Shown piece by piece: positions 1 through 11,826 of a stretch of 64,000 nt of DNA (its first letter is position 1; each line of letters starts with the position of its first letter). The notes below the pieces were generated by a model. That model saw only the letters and a list, made by a program, of their open reading frames with translations. It did not search any database and was not told the origin of the DNA. The translations under genes and the position numbers were made by a program. Source of the DNA: Mitosporidium daphniae (Eukaryota); contig NW_013546400.1 in the NCBI RefSeq assembly GCF_000760515.2, forward strand, positions 1-64,000. Reading direction: 5' to 3'.

Positions 1-2958
1 TTATCAATCACTGATGTAGCTGCGGTTTCTGCTGTGCAGAAACTTGTACGTAAGGAGCGGGGTCGTACACCTCTTATCGGTGCGTTTCTTGCCCGCGATA
101 CAGAATCAACTCTAAATAGTTCCAAGGACGCGATAAAGAATGAAGACACAGAGTCAGCCAAAGATCAGCAAGCGGGTCCAATTCCAGACACGCTACCGTT
201 CTATCCAGTCGGTACGTTATGCACTATCGTTAGTGCGTTGCCGACTGGTGGAGGAGCTCCACTGACTCTTGTCGTTTATCCGCACTACCGTATCAAGGCA
301 GATTTTGAGGCCCTGAATGATACTATTGCCAATAACGATACATCTGCTGATTCAGAATTGTCATCATCACCGTCTTCTCAGGTGTCTCAGTCACCCCGCA
401 CCCAGGCCTCTATGACGCTGCGGGTTCGGTTATTGGAACCACTACATATTGGTGCAACTGGATCCGAGAGAGCTCTGGCACAAGAGTGCATAACGCTGCT
501 TAGTTCTCTCGCTAAATCGAACGCTTTCATTCGTGAACACCTTGCTTCATTCACGCAGCCACTGCCGAGTGTTGATGAGCCAGAAGCCTTGACAGACCTT
601 ATTGCTGTACTTTGTTCCGGACCACCACAATCACTTCAGAGGATCCTGGCCTCAGAGTCTATGGAAGAACGGTTACGGATTGCTCTCGAGTTATTGTTGC
701 GCGAGTCTGAATCGACACAGTTGCTGATTGACATTCGGCGCAGTGTTGAAGAGCGGCTTTCTTCACGCCATCGTGAGGCGCTTTTACAAGAGCAGTTACG
801 TGCTATTCAGCGTGAACTTGGCAATGCGAACAGCAATTCCCGGCCAACAGGAGAATCCCTCCGCGAGCGTGCGATTTCTCTTTTTGAAAGCCGTATTGCA
901 CCTCTACGAGCTAAAATAATTGCAGAATCTCCGACAGTAACTCCACTTAGCACACCATCAGCCCCAGTGGAGCCCCTTTCACAACCAACATCACCTGTTA
1001 CATTTTCTTCCCTGTTAGCGCCTAGCATCCCTGCACTGCTGCAACTTATAGATGAGGAGATGGAGCGTCTTGCAAGCGTGGAAGTGAGTTCTGGCGAGTT
1101 TGGCATTATTCGTACGTATCTTGACTGGCTTACGGCGCTTCCATGGCTTTCCAGCCCTGCCAAAAATACGCCATCCCTTGAGGAGGCCCGTACAATTCTT
1201 GACACAGACCATTGGGGGCTGGCAGATGTTAAGCAGCGCATCATCGAGATGCTTGCATCTATCCGTTTGCAAGGCCAAAGCTCTGCTGTCGGAACCAACT
1301 CCTCACGCTCCGTATTGTTGCTAGTGGGTCCACCAGGCATCGGAAAAACTTCTATTGCGGCGAGCGTGGCTCGCGCCCTCGGAAGGCCCTTCTATCGTCT
1401 CTCATTAGGTGGCCTTGCGGATGTAGCTGAGATTAAGGGCCATCGACGCACATATCTCGGTGCCATGCCTGGAAAGCTTATCCAAGCATTGCTACAGACG
1501 CAATCACATGCTCCGGTCATTCTACTTGACGAGATCGATAAAGTTGGTATGGCAACAATGGGTGGACGCGTTGGCGGTGACCCAGGTGCTGCACTTCTTG
1601 AGGTTCTTGACGGCCGGCATTTCGTGGATTATTTCCTAGATACTCCCGTCGATCTTTCTGGAGTAATTTTTGTTGCCACTGCAAATCAGACAGATAGCAT
1701 TTCTGCCCCATTGTTGGACCGGATGAGCATTATCAGATTGTCTTCATATGTTACCGAGGAAAAGATTGCTATTGCCAAGCGGCATTTACTTCCTCAGGCG
1801 CTTTCCTCTACAGGGCTCGGCCATGTTCATGTTATTGGCTCGGAATCACCTATTTCTGTGGACGAAAATGCTACTTGTAGTGACCAAGTTGACAAAACCA
1901 TGCCCGGTGCCTCTGATCAGCTAAGCCCTGATAACAAGAAAAAATCCAGTGTTGAAGTTTGCTTGAGTCCCAAAACAAGCGAGTGCGTCATAGAATTTCC
2001 GGAGGCGACATTGCGGACGCTCATCGATAATTGGTGCCGGGAGCCAGGGGTGAGGCAATTACGACAATCCATCGAACGCATATGTCGGCGTATTGCGGCA
2101 ACCATTCTTGAACATCCGGGTGCGGCATTTGATGCTGCCCTCAGCTCCCTATACATCAAAGGGAGGTCTGTTATGACAAAAATGACAACGGAAAATACAG
2201 TGTCAATTTCCTCACCCATTCGTATTGGTGTCGAGGCATTGCCGCAGCTCCTTGGTCTGGCACCATTCTCTTCTGAGCTTAGTGATTTCGGCAGCAAGTC
2301 ATTGCCACCTGGTGTAGTGGCTGGACTTGCATGGACACCATATGGTGGGGCTATTATCCACATTGAAGTGATTCGTATCAATGAGACCGAGAATACCTCT
2401 GGATCTGAAAAAGAAAATGACCTGGTGCACTCCTCGTTGGCGCTACCATTGAAAACCACAGGACACCTTGGGAAAGTCATGGACGAATCGGCGGCGATTG
2501 CACATTCAGTAGTTCGCATGGCTCTAGCTGCAGATTCACAAACATCTCTTGAAGCTATACCTGCCAAGACAGGCTCGCATGGAACACTGCATCTACACGT
2601 GCCTGAAGGTGCGACTCCGAAAGATGGACCATCTGCCGGAGTTGCCATGGCCGTTGCTCTGCTCTCGCTGGCCCGAAATGTCCCCGTTCGCGCAGGGCTT
2701 GGTTTTACAGGTGAACTCACACTCTCTGGTCGTATCTTGCGGATTGGTGGTCTGCGAGAAAAAGCACTTGCTGCACGGCGGGAGGGGTTGACTGCGATAG
2801 CATTCCCACGAGCAAATATCCCCGAATGGGAGGAGATGGAATGTGCTAAGCCAGAGCCGCTCGTTGGTCCCAGTGTTGGCCTTGTTGGGTTTCCCGTCTC
2901 TTCCCTACAAGAGGTGCTCCCCATTGCCTTTCCGAAAACTTCCTCTCCCACCGCTTAG
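1..2958 (+). CDS. PIM1: Lon protease (mitochondrial PIM1-type AAA+ serine protease), 5'-truncated by window edge
   Basis: Frame open from base 1; Walker A GPPGIGKTS, Walker B ILLDEIDK, catalytic PKDGPSAG Ser and GGLREKA Lys; low-complexity insertions. Confidence 0.95.
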   Translation, partial: LSITDVAAVSAVQKLVRKERGRTPLIGAFLARDTESTLNSSKDAIKNEDTESAKDQQAGPIPDTLPFYPVGTLCTIVSALPTGGGAPLTLVVYPHYRIKADFEALNDTIANNDTSADSELSSSPSSQVSQSPRTQASMTLRVRLLEPLHIGATGSERALAQECITLLSSLAKSNAFIREHLASFTQPLPSVDEPEALTDLIAVLCSGPPQSLQRILASESMEERLRIALELLLRESESTQLLIDIRRSVEERLSSRHREALLQEQLRAIQRELGNANSNSRPTGESLRERAISLFESRIAPLRAKIIAESPTVTPLSTPSAPVEPLSQPTSPVTFSSLLAPSIPALLQLIDEEMERLASVEVSSGEFGIIRTYLDWLTALPWLSSPAKNTPSLEEARTILDTDHWGLADVKQRIIEMLASIRLQGQSSAVGTNSSRSVLLLVGPPGIGKTSIAASVARALGRPFYRLSLGGLADVAEIKGHRRTYLGAMPGKLIQALLQTQSHAPVILLDEIDKVGMATMGGRVGGDPGAALLEVLDGRHFVDYFLDTPVDLSGVIFVATANQTDSISAPLLDRMSIIRLSSYVTEEKIAIAKRHLLPQALSSTGLGHVHVIGSESPISVDENATCSDQVDKTMPGASDQLSPDNKKKSSVEVCLSPKTSECVIEFPEATLRTLIDNWCREPGVRQLRQSIERICRRIAATILEHPGAAFDAALSSLYIKGRSVMTKMTTENTVSISSPIRIGVEALPQLLGLAPFSSELSDFGSKSLPPGVVAGLAWTPYGGAIIHIEVIRINETENTSGSEKENDLVHSSLALPLKTTGHLGKVMDESAAIAHSVVRMALAADSQTSLEAIPAKTGSHGTLHLHVPEGATPKDGPSAGVAMAVALLSLARNVPVRAGLGFTGELTLSGRILRIGGLREKALAARREGLTAIAFPRANIPEWEEMECAKPEPLVGPSVGLVGFPVSSLQEVLPIAFPKTSSPTA

Positions 2959-3529
2959 ACTTTTAGCCATTCAACATGGTATACCACCGCCACCACCGCA
3001 ATGGGCCAAATATGTATCCAAACAAACAAATAAATAACTATTTTAATCGCCGCTTAATTATACGACTATTATTAGCCATCGCTGAAAATGGAATACCAAT
3101 CCATGGAATGGATATAAAGCAAATGTTAGCGGTTTATTTTGGCAAAAGAAATAAGCATCCTTTTTTTAAATCCCCCCTTTAATATTGCCAACGTTGTCAA
3201 GTTTAAAAGTTGAAAGAAAAGGAATTTGTCTACTAGCCCCTTTGAGATTTGGGTTCCCTGCAAACATGCATGGTCAAAACTGTGGTTAGCAGGCGATTCG
3301 CGTATTTATCTTCGATTTTACCTTTAGCCAAGTTATCTTGCTACAATCTTGAGCCACGTCGCTTCTGAACAAATGGGGAATCTTGCCTGTGGCGGCAGAT
3401 TTATGCCGAGCCGTGGTATATTTAATTTACGAAAACCTCCAATCATGTGTTGATTGGATGTGATAGAGTAAACTTTGCGGTTGGGTTTAATTATGAACTT
3501 TTTAATTTTAATTAAATTGAAAGCTTTTT

Positions 3530-4099
3530 ATGGCCAAATTCGCCAAGGTCAAGCGAATACAGAAAATCAAAAGGACAGCAAAGCTGGACGAAGAAAAGGC
3601 AAAGGCACAAACAAAGCTGAAATCAGATGAACAAGGAAATGAGGTGCGTCATGTTGCAAGACCTAACGCATCGTTTTTCTTTGAACACAACAAAGCGCTG
3701 GGACCGCCCTACCATGTGATCGTCGATACAAACTTTATCAACAAATCGATTCAAATGAAAATTGAAATCGTTCGCGGCGTAATGGACTGCCTCTTTTCCC
3801 GCTGCTTTTTGTACATCACCGATTGCGTAGTGGCTGAGATTGAAAAGCTTGGTCCAAAGTATCGCATTGCACTTACCTTTGCTCGAGATGAGAATATTTT
3901 TGAGCGACTTCCGTGCATGCATAAGGGCACATATGCAGATGACTGTATCCTTTCGCGCGTAGCGTCGCACCCATGCTTTATCGTTGCGACAAACGACAAG
4001 GAACTGAAATCCAGGATCAGAAAGCTGCCAGGAATTCCGATCATGTATGTGGCAAAGTACAAATACTCTATTGAGCGGTTACCTGAAGGCATGGTGTAA
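3530..4099 (+). CDS. FCF1: rRNA-processing PIN-domain nuclease Fcf1/Utp24
   Basis: FFEHNKALGPPYHVIVDTNFIN, CMHKGTYADDC and VATNDKELKSRIRKLPGIPIMY motifs. Confidence 0.95.
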   Translation: MAKFAKVKRIQKIKRTAKLDEEKAKAQTKLKSDEQGNEVRHVARPNASFFFEHNKALGPPYHVIVDTNFINKSIQMKIEIVRGVMDCLFSRCFLYITDCVVAEIEKLGPKYRIALTFARDENIFERLPCMHKGTYADDCILSRVASHPCFIVATNDKELKSRIRKLPGIPIMYVAKYKYSIERLPEGMV

Positions 4100-4227
4100 C
4101 GTCGTAAATTATCTGAGATTATCAATAAATCCACAAGCTTTATTCCTGCTAAAGGGCAAGCAATTGCAAGACCTATTGGGAACAGGGGCTGTTTTAAACT
4201 GAGAAAACATGGTTCATAAATGGCTAC

Positions 4228-4792
4228 TCAAATGCGGGTCAGGTGCAACGACCCGGGATATCCTGTTGCAGAAACATGGATTCCAAGGGAAGAAAGAAAC
4301 CCAACAACAATGCCAACAATAATGGGATTGGGAACATATCTCTGGGTCGCATCTGCAGCCTTCCATCCGAGGACATATGTGCCCTGATGATTTGTTTTCA
4401 AATTCTCGATGGGAAATTTGTACCCATTGATGATCGGCCAAAGGTCCCTGCATATGCACTTGATCGCCTCAAGTTCTTCCGAAAAACTAGCGCCATTCCT
4501 GTCGCTCATAAACCTAGATAAGCTTAGAAAACCCGACATACCTTTCTGAAAAGCGCATCCCTATCTCTTTTCCGATTTCTTCCAGCTTTGATGCCTCCTT
4601 ATTGTCTGGAGAAGATTTTCCAGATGTATGTTGACTAGCCTCTATGTTTGCCGAACTACATTGACTAATTTCTAGAGTCTGTGGATTTTGATCATTTGAT
4701 GATATGATGTTTCTATGGCCCTTTAGTCCTTTTGCTGAGAGATGCACTATTTCCTGTAGAAGCAATTCATAGGGAAGCGCTGCAATTTGCAT
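4228..4792 (-). CDS. TRS33: TRAPP complex subunit Trs33/TRAPPC6
   Basis: Two ORFs joined by a 28-nt GTATGT..CTAG intron (4514-4541): LEEIGKEIGMRFSER / LEAIKCICRDLW / IENLKTNHQGTYVL. 3' end uncertain. Confidence 0.8.
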
Positions 4793-5032
4793 TCAAAATT
4801 TAAATCGACCAGCTAGCTTAAATTTTAACATTTTCAATCTCCAGGACTTGACCTGATTTGGCCAGCTTAGCCAAATAAGATATCTTTCATGGTAAGATAT
4901 CTTTTATGGCGCTGACGATGAGACATTGACCGCCTAAATATTGAGCACCCTCCATGGTTATCTTTTGCTTACCATAGAATAAATAAATAAAATTTATTTT
5001 ATCGACTCGTTCTTATCTTTTGGGCTTTGATT

Positions 5033-6367
5033 CTAACGATTGAGAGAATCGATGCTCTCATTTATGTTTTTTTCAAAGCTATTTGTAACATTAGAGGGTT
5101 CAGAGCTAATAGTATCTTTAGGGTTAGCCTTATTATCAAGCTTTTTCTGGTCCTCAGGATTGCTTGGCTTTTTAGGGTTAGATGTTTGTTCATCAATTGT
5201 AGAGGTAGATTTCTCATATTTCTCATATTTCTCAGATTTCTCAGATGCATTAGGTTTGGATTTTCCAATGTTTTGAGAAGCTTCGTCACCGAAAGCGATG
5301 AAGCTAGCAAGGAAATTTAGGCCATTAAAAAGTACGGAAAAAAAGCCCTTAACATAGTTGTCCCAAATATCTTTTGATACCTCTGTTGGCGATGTAAAAT
5401 AAATGTTAAAGAACAAGATCGCCTGTATTGCTCTTGGCAGGAACCCAGACATTCCACATAAGCCATCCAGAATAACAAGGGCAGAGAACCTGATATAGGC
5501 AAAGTATTTCCAATAGATACTTTTTTCTTTCCCTTTAATGGCTCTCAATTTATGTTCATGAGATTCGCCAAAGCTGAAATAAGAATGATGGATAGCTTTT
5601 TCATCGGGATAAGTAACCTTTCGTTGTGGATACAACCATAGATAAGCGGGAAGAAAGATCGTATAGATATAAAAAACGACGGAATTAATAGCATTGTTAT
5701 GAAGTCCAAGTATGAGACCAAAATACAAAACCACAGACAGCGTTAGCCGCGCATTTAATTGCAAAACAAACAGGACTGCTTCGCCATAACTCTCAATATG
5801 AAACATCTCGGCAATCGGAAACACTTCTTCAAGGGTAACAGCCCGATTATTATCAAGTTCATTGAAAGTAGAGCTCCTTTTTTTTCCATCAAGCAATGTC
5901 GTGTCGATAACCATGTTAGGAGGCAAGTTAATATAGGTATTCCCGCCATCAGACCATAGCATACGAACACCGTCGTTAAGGCGGTCAAAAATATATTTCC
6001 AGTGAATTGGCGCCGGTAGACCAAATGGATACCATAACCTGAATTCGTAAAGCATTAAGAAGATTTTTAGGATGAGGCCATCCGTTTTTAGGAAATATTG
6101 GGTAATTGTAATGGTAAAAAGTACCTTGAAATAGTCTAAGAAATTTGATTTGTGCTTATCGGACACAAAGTAATGGTATGCTGGAAACACAAAATTGATG
6201 ATCAGAGCTGAGGTGGCCAATATCGATGGAAGAAACAGGGATACAAGCGATATTCCGAACACCACAAAAACAAGTGTATTATTGTCGCCATTTACATCAA
6301 CCAGCCTGTTGAAAATTTCAGCCCCATGGGTAGAATTTATGCTTTGAATATATGGGGTTATAGACAT
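5033..6367 (-). CDS. Intronless multi-pass membrane protein with two divergent TB2/DP1/HVA22 (REEP/Yop1)-like repeats and a charged tail
   Basis: 444-aa ORF; two hydrophobic blocks, each with F-x-[F/L]-PAY followed by a Y-F/W helix; SEK/YEK repeats in the tail. Family call is tentative. Confidence 0.6.
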   Translation of the reverse strand: MSITPYIQSINSTHGAEIFNRLVDVNGDNNTLVFVVFGISLVSLFLPSILATSALIINFVFPAYHYFVSDKHKSNFLDYFKVLFTITITQYFLKTDGLILKIFLMLYEFRLWYPFGLPAPIHWKYIFDRLNDGVRMLWSDGGNTYINLPPNMVIDTTLLDGKKRSSTFNELDNNRAVTLEEVFPIAEMFHIESYGEAVLFVLQLNARLTLSVVLYFGLILGLHNNAINSVVFYIYTIFLPAYLWLYPQRKVTYPDEKAIHHSYFSFGESHEHKLRAIKGKEKSIYWKYFAYIRFSALVILDGLCGMSGFLPRAIQAILFFNIYFTSPTEVSKDIWDNYVKGFFSVLFNGLNFLASFIAFGDEASQNIGKSKPNASEKSEKYEKYEKSTSTIDEQTSNPKKPSNPEDQKKLDNKANPKDTISSEPSNVTNSFEKNINESIDSLNR

Positions 6368-6486
6368 TCGAAAGAGCTGAATTCACGTGTGTATGGTCTT
6401 TATGTAAGACAAAGCTTACTGTTGGTCGCATCCGAAAACAAGTTTTGCGACATTTTTTAAAATAAAATACCCCAAATTTTAAGTTT

Positions 6487-9260
6487 ATGACACTGAAGCC
6501 TCAGCATAATAACCGTACATTTTGGCACCGATTTACTTTTAGAGGACGAGGACAATATAATTCAGGCTGTTGTTCTCATAGATCTCTCTACGGATAGGTC
6601 CTTTGAGCCTTTGACATTTGGCACCCAGCGAGTGAGCTTTATTTTTTAATCCCGACAGAGTCTATTACCGGTTGCCAACATCCCGCTGGTATCATACACG
6701 CTTGAATGGCTTGCCTCGTCCGGATGCATTTCCAGCATCATCTTGGCTGGGACCGTTGATTCAATATCTCCTCTTCTGGCAGCCATCAAGTAAGTTTGTT
6801 TTGGCAACTTTAGCGAGCTCGTCCAGCACAATTCGATTTATCCGCCGATTTCTCCATTTTACACAAGCACCTCATGTTCATCGCTTGGAGACCAGTTGAG
6901 AGACATCGATGCAGCTGGAATTGTTACGGGCGATTTTTTGCTTTTGCGCAGCGGCGCCTTGGATTATCTTTCAAATTCACCTCTTCTTCCGATGTTGGAG
7001 CTGCACCGCAGCCGGAGAAAATCGGCAAGCTCCATCATGACCACGCTATTGAGGCGGCTTCCTCCGTCGCATCATGCAAGAAATGCAAGAGATGCCTCCA
7101 TTTATGTTATCGATGGCGAAAGACTGGTTTCAATGCACTCGATAGATCCCAAAATGGGTATTTTTAATTTCTTAAAGCCGGTTAGGGATCCCACTCTCTC
7201 TCAATGAACTGATTCCAAAGAAAACCTCTTCACTTGAAGTGCGGTTTGATCTTGTGGACTGCTGTTTGGATATTGTAGGCTCTTATTTTTCTTGCTCATC
7301 TAGTGCTCGCCAGAGGTGCTGGCCCTGTTCACAGAAAATTTCGACTACCAAGATATAAAGGTCGACTTTTTCCAGGGAATCTCAGCCAGTGATATTCTTT
7401 CCTATGAATTCTCAGTTTCTATCCTTGGCGAGCAAGCTAGCCCTAAAGGTAATGCTGGCTCTGGTAGCATCAATGGATCCTATTTTTCCGTGGTCAATTC
7501 GACCTTTGCTTTTATGGCTGCAAGCAGAGATATTCTGCAAAGATGGTGCTATCCGTTGGTTCCAGATATTCCAATGTCTTCTCTGCTGCATAAGGTTATA
7601 TCACCAGCCATGGGTACTTCCACATCTCCCACCATAAAAGGCGCAAAAGGCTCTTCAACCAAGACAATCTGTCATGGCCAGGGCGTAAAATTAAGACGCT
7701 ATGGCACTTGCATTGCGTATGTTGGGGAGAAAGTCACCATGGGAACCGGGGTGCGTTTTGAAGGCCATGTACTGATTGGGTCGAATTCGGTAATCGGCTC
7801 CGGGGTCGTTCTAATTGACTGTGTAATTGGTGCTAGAACGATCCTCGACGCAAACGCTTCTGTAAAAAATTCGATCCTTTTCTCATCAGATGATGCAAGT
7901 TGCCGTATAGGCACGAATGCCTCAATCCAGGGCTCTTTGCTTGCGCCTGGAACCGTCGTTGCAGATGGTGTTCGGACAAGAATAGGAACCATTCTGGGTA
8001 CCTGGACAGGTCTATGCCCAATATATTTGGAGACTGATCTTGATCCAACTTGCTTGAGATGGGTATCCTCTAAGCTCCTTTCCATTGGATCAAAGACGGA
8101 AACAGACAGAAATACTCATCGGCCGAACCAGCCTTCAGTCTTTATGTTTATATCTTCAGATGAGGAGGAGGCTCACCATTTTACGCCACCTACTTCTTTA
8201 GTGCCCTGGAGTGTAGCTTTAGGCAATCGTCTTCGATTTGCGTTTAAAAAGAAAAAATTTGCAAGCCCTTTCCCTGCTCGACCTGAATCGGAGAATGAAG
8301 ACAGTCATGAACGCGGGGAATCAGATAGTGATGATGACAATGAAGACGCTGATATGAAAGAAAATATTAATGACCTTAGGGATGTAGAAATAGAATTATC
8401 CAAGTCCGCTTTTTTCAAAACCAACGACAATTGGCTCACTCTGAACGAGCCCATGTTTTTTTCCACTAAAAAGACACCGTGGGTCGAGGACGTCCATGCA
8501 AGTCCTGATCCGACACAATCACCAGATTCATTAACATCTCTGAAGAACAAACAGAGCATATCGCTTTCTGGCCTTTCTGGCCTTTCTGGACTCGAGACTG
8601 CATCTGCTTCAATGAGCCAAACATCAAAAATGCCACCCGTGGTGCATACTCCCTCTGCTTCAAGTCATCCACAATTTGCGACAGAAATCGTAGAGACTCT
8701 AAAGCATGCTTTGGACTATGTTGCAGAAGTGGATAGCAGCCCATCATCGCCAATGGGCTCTTCGCCAACATCGGCAGATCTTCAGGCCTTTGTGGAGAAC
8801 ACTTGTGTCGAAATTAACGCCCTGAAATTTGCATTCAATGCAAATTTTCTTGAGGTAAGAAAAGCAGTGATCCCAGTGCTTGTTCGCCATAGTTTGAGTG
8901 GCGAGAGATCCTCCAAAATCCAACAAGTAAGCCGTACAAAGTAACTGCTAGGTGTTGGAGTGTTGGTTACCGTTGTTTTCCAAAATCTGCCACGGGTCAA
9001 GTGCCCAGAGTGAAATACTAACCCTACTTTTGGACACATGTGTTGGATGCAAGACAGGGATCGCCGATTTTCGTTGGATCGTATCGCATATGTATCAGCT
9101 AGATATCTTGGAAGAGGATGATATCCTCAAATGGTGGGAAAATGCCACTTCGGCAGAGCTCTCCGCTGACCTCAGGACACATGAGTATTCGTCAATCCTA
9201 TTTTCGCTATCCTCCTTCATAGAATGGCTTGAAGAAGAAGATGACAGCGATCATTCCTAA
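6487..9260 (+). CDS. GCD6: Translation initiation factor eIF2B epsilon subunit (multi-exon)
   Basis: Spliced N-terminus IQAVVLID..FEPLT..LLPVANIPLVSYTLEWLA; CSPEVLALFTENFDYQD; hexapeptide beta-helix; C-terminal W2 domain (YQLDILEEDDILKWW, FIEWLEEE). Confidence 0.9.
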
Positions 9261-9974
9261 CCCTAAAATACATGTGTCAATCAGATGTTTTTAATAGGCC
9301 GGGAATTTGTTAAGTAGTCTCCCTAATATATTAAGATAGGCGGTTTGAATCTGTGCTAGTTTCTTTAAATTTTGTCGAATTATAACGATTCCCATGATGG
9401 GTGGCAGCACGATATTGTCTGCTGCCTGCACATAAGGGGTTTTTAAGCGCCTTGCATCCAGAAATTTTACAGGCAACGAAGAGCACGAGCCGGGATATCA
9501 CTTACCCTGCCCTGTCCTCAAACCTCAATCGCTCTTTGTAAATACATTCCCGCAACGAAAGTAGGAGATCTTTGATTATATGAGTTAACCCAACTGAGCT
9601 CCTAAATTACAGGCACCCGATTAATTGAAATTTAATTTCGCTTAATTTAATGTCAGGTTCGGACTATATGGGAGCAGAGGCTCCTCTTTTCAAGCAGCAA
9701 AGCGAGACGATAATCGCTGCAGCTGGATAAAGAGGCTAGGAGGCTAATTTTATGAACCCCCATTTTGACTAAAATTTTGAGTTTCAAACTAAATCCCTTG
9801 CTTTCTGGTACATAATGAATTTGATCCCAAATAAGGGCGATCTGATGAGTAAATTTTCGGGGTTTCATTGGCCACTTTAGCAATTATTGAATTTAATATT
9901 CCGATTGGATGTAAAATTTCCGGTGCAAAACGGTCTAAAATTTTAAAAGCTTTTTCGAAAAGCTGTCCACATTG

Positions 9975-11826
9975 ATGCACGTTCGAAAGCGTCTACTATT
10001 TCTGACAGCGTTGATCGCAATTCTCGTTTTGCCCTCTCTGCAATTTCAAGACGAAGTGCAAATAGACCATTATCAACAAGATGATTCAACAGGCGCGCAG
10101 AGCAGGGATACTGATTCAAAGGGCAACGAAGAAAGAGTTGACAGCATATTAAAGCGGGTTCAAAGTAGTTTTAGGAGGGCTCGTAAAGCCTTTCAAGTAA
10201 AAAAAAGGGCCTCTAAGAAAGTGTCTATGGAAGCAGCTGAGCCACTAGATACACCAGGATCAGCTTCGCAAAAACTATCAGATTTAAAAAGTCGAACAGG
10301 TCAAGAATATCCACCACTTCAACCAAATTTACAAAAAAAAGAAGCTCTACAGGCTCAAACAAGAGATGAAGAAAGTAAAACAATTGAAGAAATTCTGGTG
10401 TATCAACAAAATATATTGGTTTTAGAGCAGCTATTACTTAAACAAGATAAAAAAAAGTGCTCACTCGATTAGTTTATAGACCTATGCCAATGCAAAAGGC
10501 TCTACAAGATCGAGAAAATATAAACAACCTACTAGCCGAAAAAAATCTAAAAGATCTGCCGTCTTCATGTAGCCCTCTAAAGAAGCTGCTAGATCGACTA
10601 TTTCAGATATCTCAGATATCTGAAATATCTCTAAAAAATCCAAAAGAGTTAGAAAAACTAAACGATCTGATGTCTCAAAAAAAGAAGCTAGCTCAAGAAG
10701 CTCGGGACGAATTAAGAGGACTACAAAGTAAGCTATCTCAAAAAGCTCAACAACAGTTTGAAGAAGCTAGAAAAGCTTTAAAAGATCAAAAAAGCGATCT
10801 TCTAGATCCACAAGACGCTCTACTAGCTCAAAAAAATCTACAGACTCGAGAACATATATTAGATCTACAATATCTACTAGTTCAACACGCTCAAAATGAT
10901 CTAGAAGATCTAAAAGATGAAAATCGTATGTTAATTCAAAATTCTCGACGCTCTCAAAAAGATCTGAACGCCCTAAAAATGCTAATAGAAAAAGAAGATC
11001 TAAAAAACCACCTATCTTCATGCAATGCTCTAAAAGATCTTCTAGATGAACTACATAAGCTAAATCCAATATATAAACTAAAGCAGCCATATGAAATACT
11101 TAAAAAGCCAGAAATTCTAGAAACACTAAAATCTGTAGTAGCTGTAAAAAATGAGTTAGCTAAAAAAGCTCGAAATGAATTAATGGAACTACAAGATCGA
11201 CTATCTCAAGAAGCCCAAAAAAAAGATGAGGAAGGTGGTTCTCTATCAACTGTAGAAGGTTCATCACCTCCGCAAAGTGATTCTCAAGAACCTAAATCAG
11301 ATATACAACATTCATCAGTTAAAATGGATCTAGAAAATCAAAAAGGTTCATTCAGCAATCTAAACAGTCTGATAGATTACCTATTTCAAATATCTCAAAC
11401 AGAATTACCACCACGAAAAAATGAAATATTTCAAGAAGCTCAAGAAGATATTCAAAATTGCGTGTTAAAAGATAAAAAAAAGAGCTAAAAAACCGTATAC
11501 AAGATCTAAAAACCAAACTGCAAGATCTAGAAACCAAACTGCCAGATCTAGAAAACAAACTGCCAGATCTACAAAAAGAACTGGAAAATAATAAAAAAGA
11601 ATTAAAAGATCTGATCGATCTGCAAGAACTGCAAGAACTACAAGAACTGAAAGAACTGCAAGAACTGAAAGAAACTGTGAAAGAAATGCAAGAAACTGTG
11701 AAAGAAATGCAAAAAAAATTTGATATTTTAATTGAATCTTTCCAAAAAGGTAAAGAAGCTCGGGAAAGAAACAAAGGCCCTATTAACTCAACAGGATATG
11801 TACTCTGCAGAAGAATAAGAAGTTAA
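9975..11826 (+). CDS. Putative secreted Lys/Gln/Leu-rich coiled-coil protein split over three frames by two -1 shifts (frameshifted gene, pseudogene or assembly error)
   Basis: N-terminal signal-peptide-like segment LLFLTALIAILVLPSLQ; ORFs 9972-10472 and 10457-11488 plus a third frame to TAA at 11824-11826 join if one A is added at each GATAAAAAAAAG; internal duplicated segments; A-rich composition. Confidence 0.6.
11500..11712 (+). repeat. Coding tandem repeats: 4 x 21 bp (CAAGATCTAGAAACCAAACTG-like), about 5 x 9 bp (CAAGAACTG) and 2 x 21 bp (GAAACTGTGAAAGAAATGCAA)
   Basis: Read directly; encode heptad (QDLETKL) and QEL repeats in the third frame of the coiled-coil gene. Confidence 0.9.

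Noticed and set aside
1917..2951. 344-aa antisense ORF inside Lon, and similar long antisense ORFs in PFK, GDH2 and TypA
   Set aside because: Shadows of GC-richer coding strands; no motifs of their own.
11500..11712. Tandem repeats as a CRISPR-like array
   Set aside because: No unique spacers; unit lengths are multiples of 3 within a coding frame; eukaryotic context.
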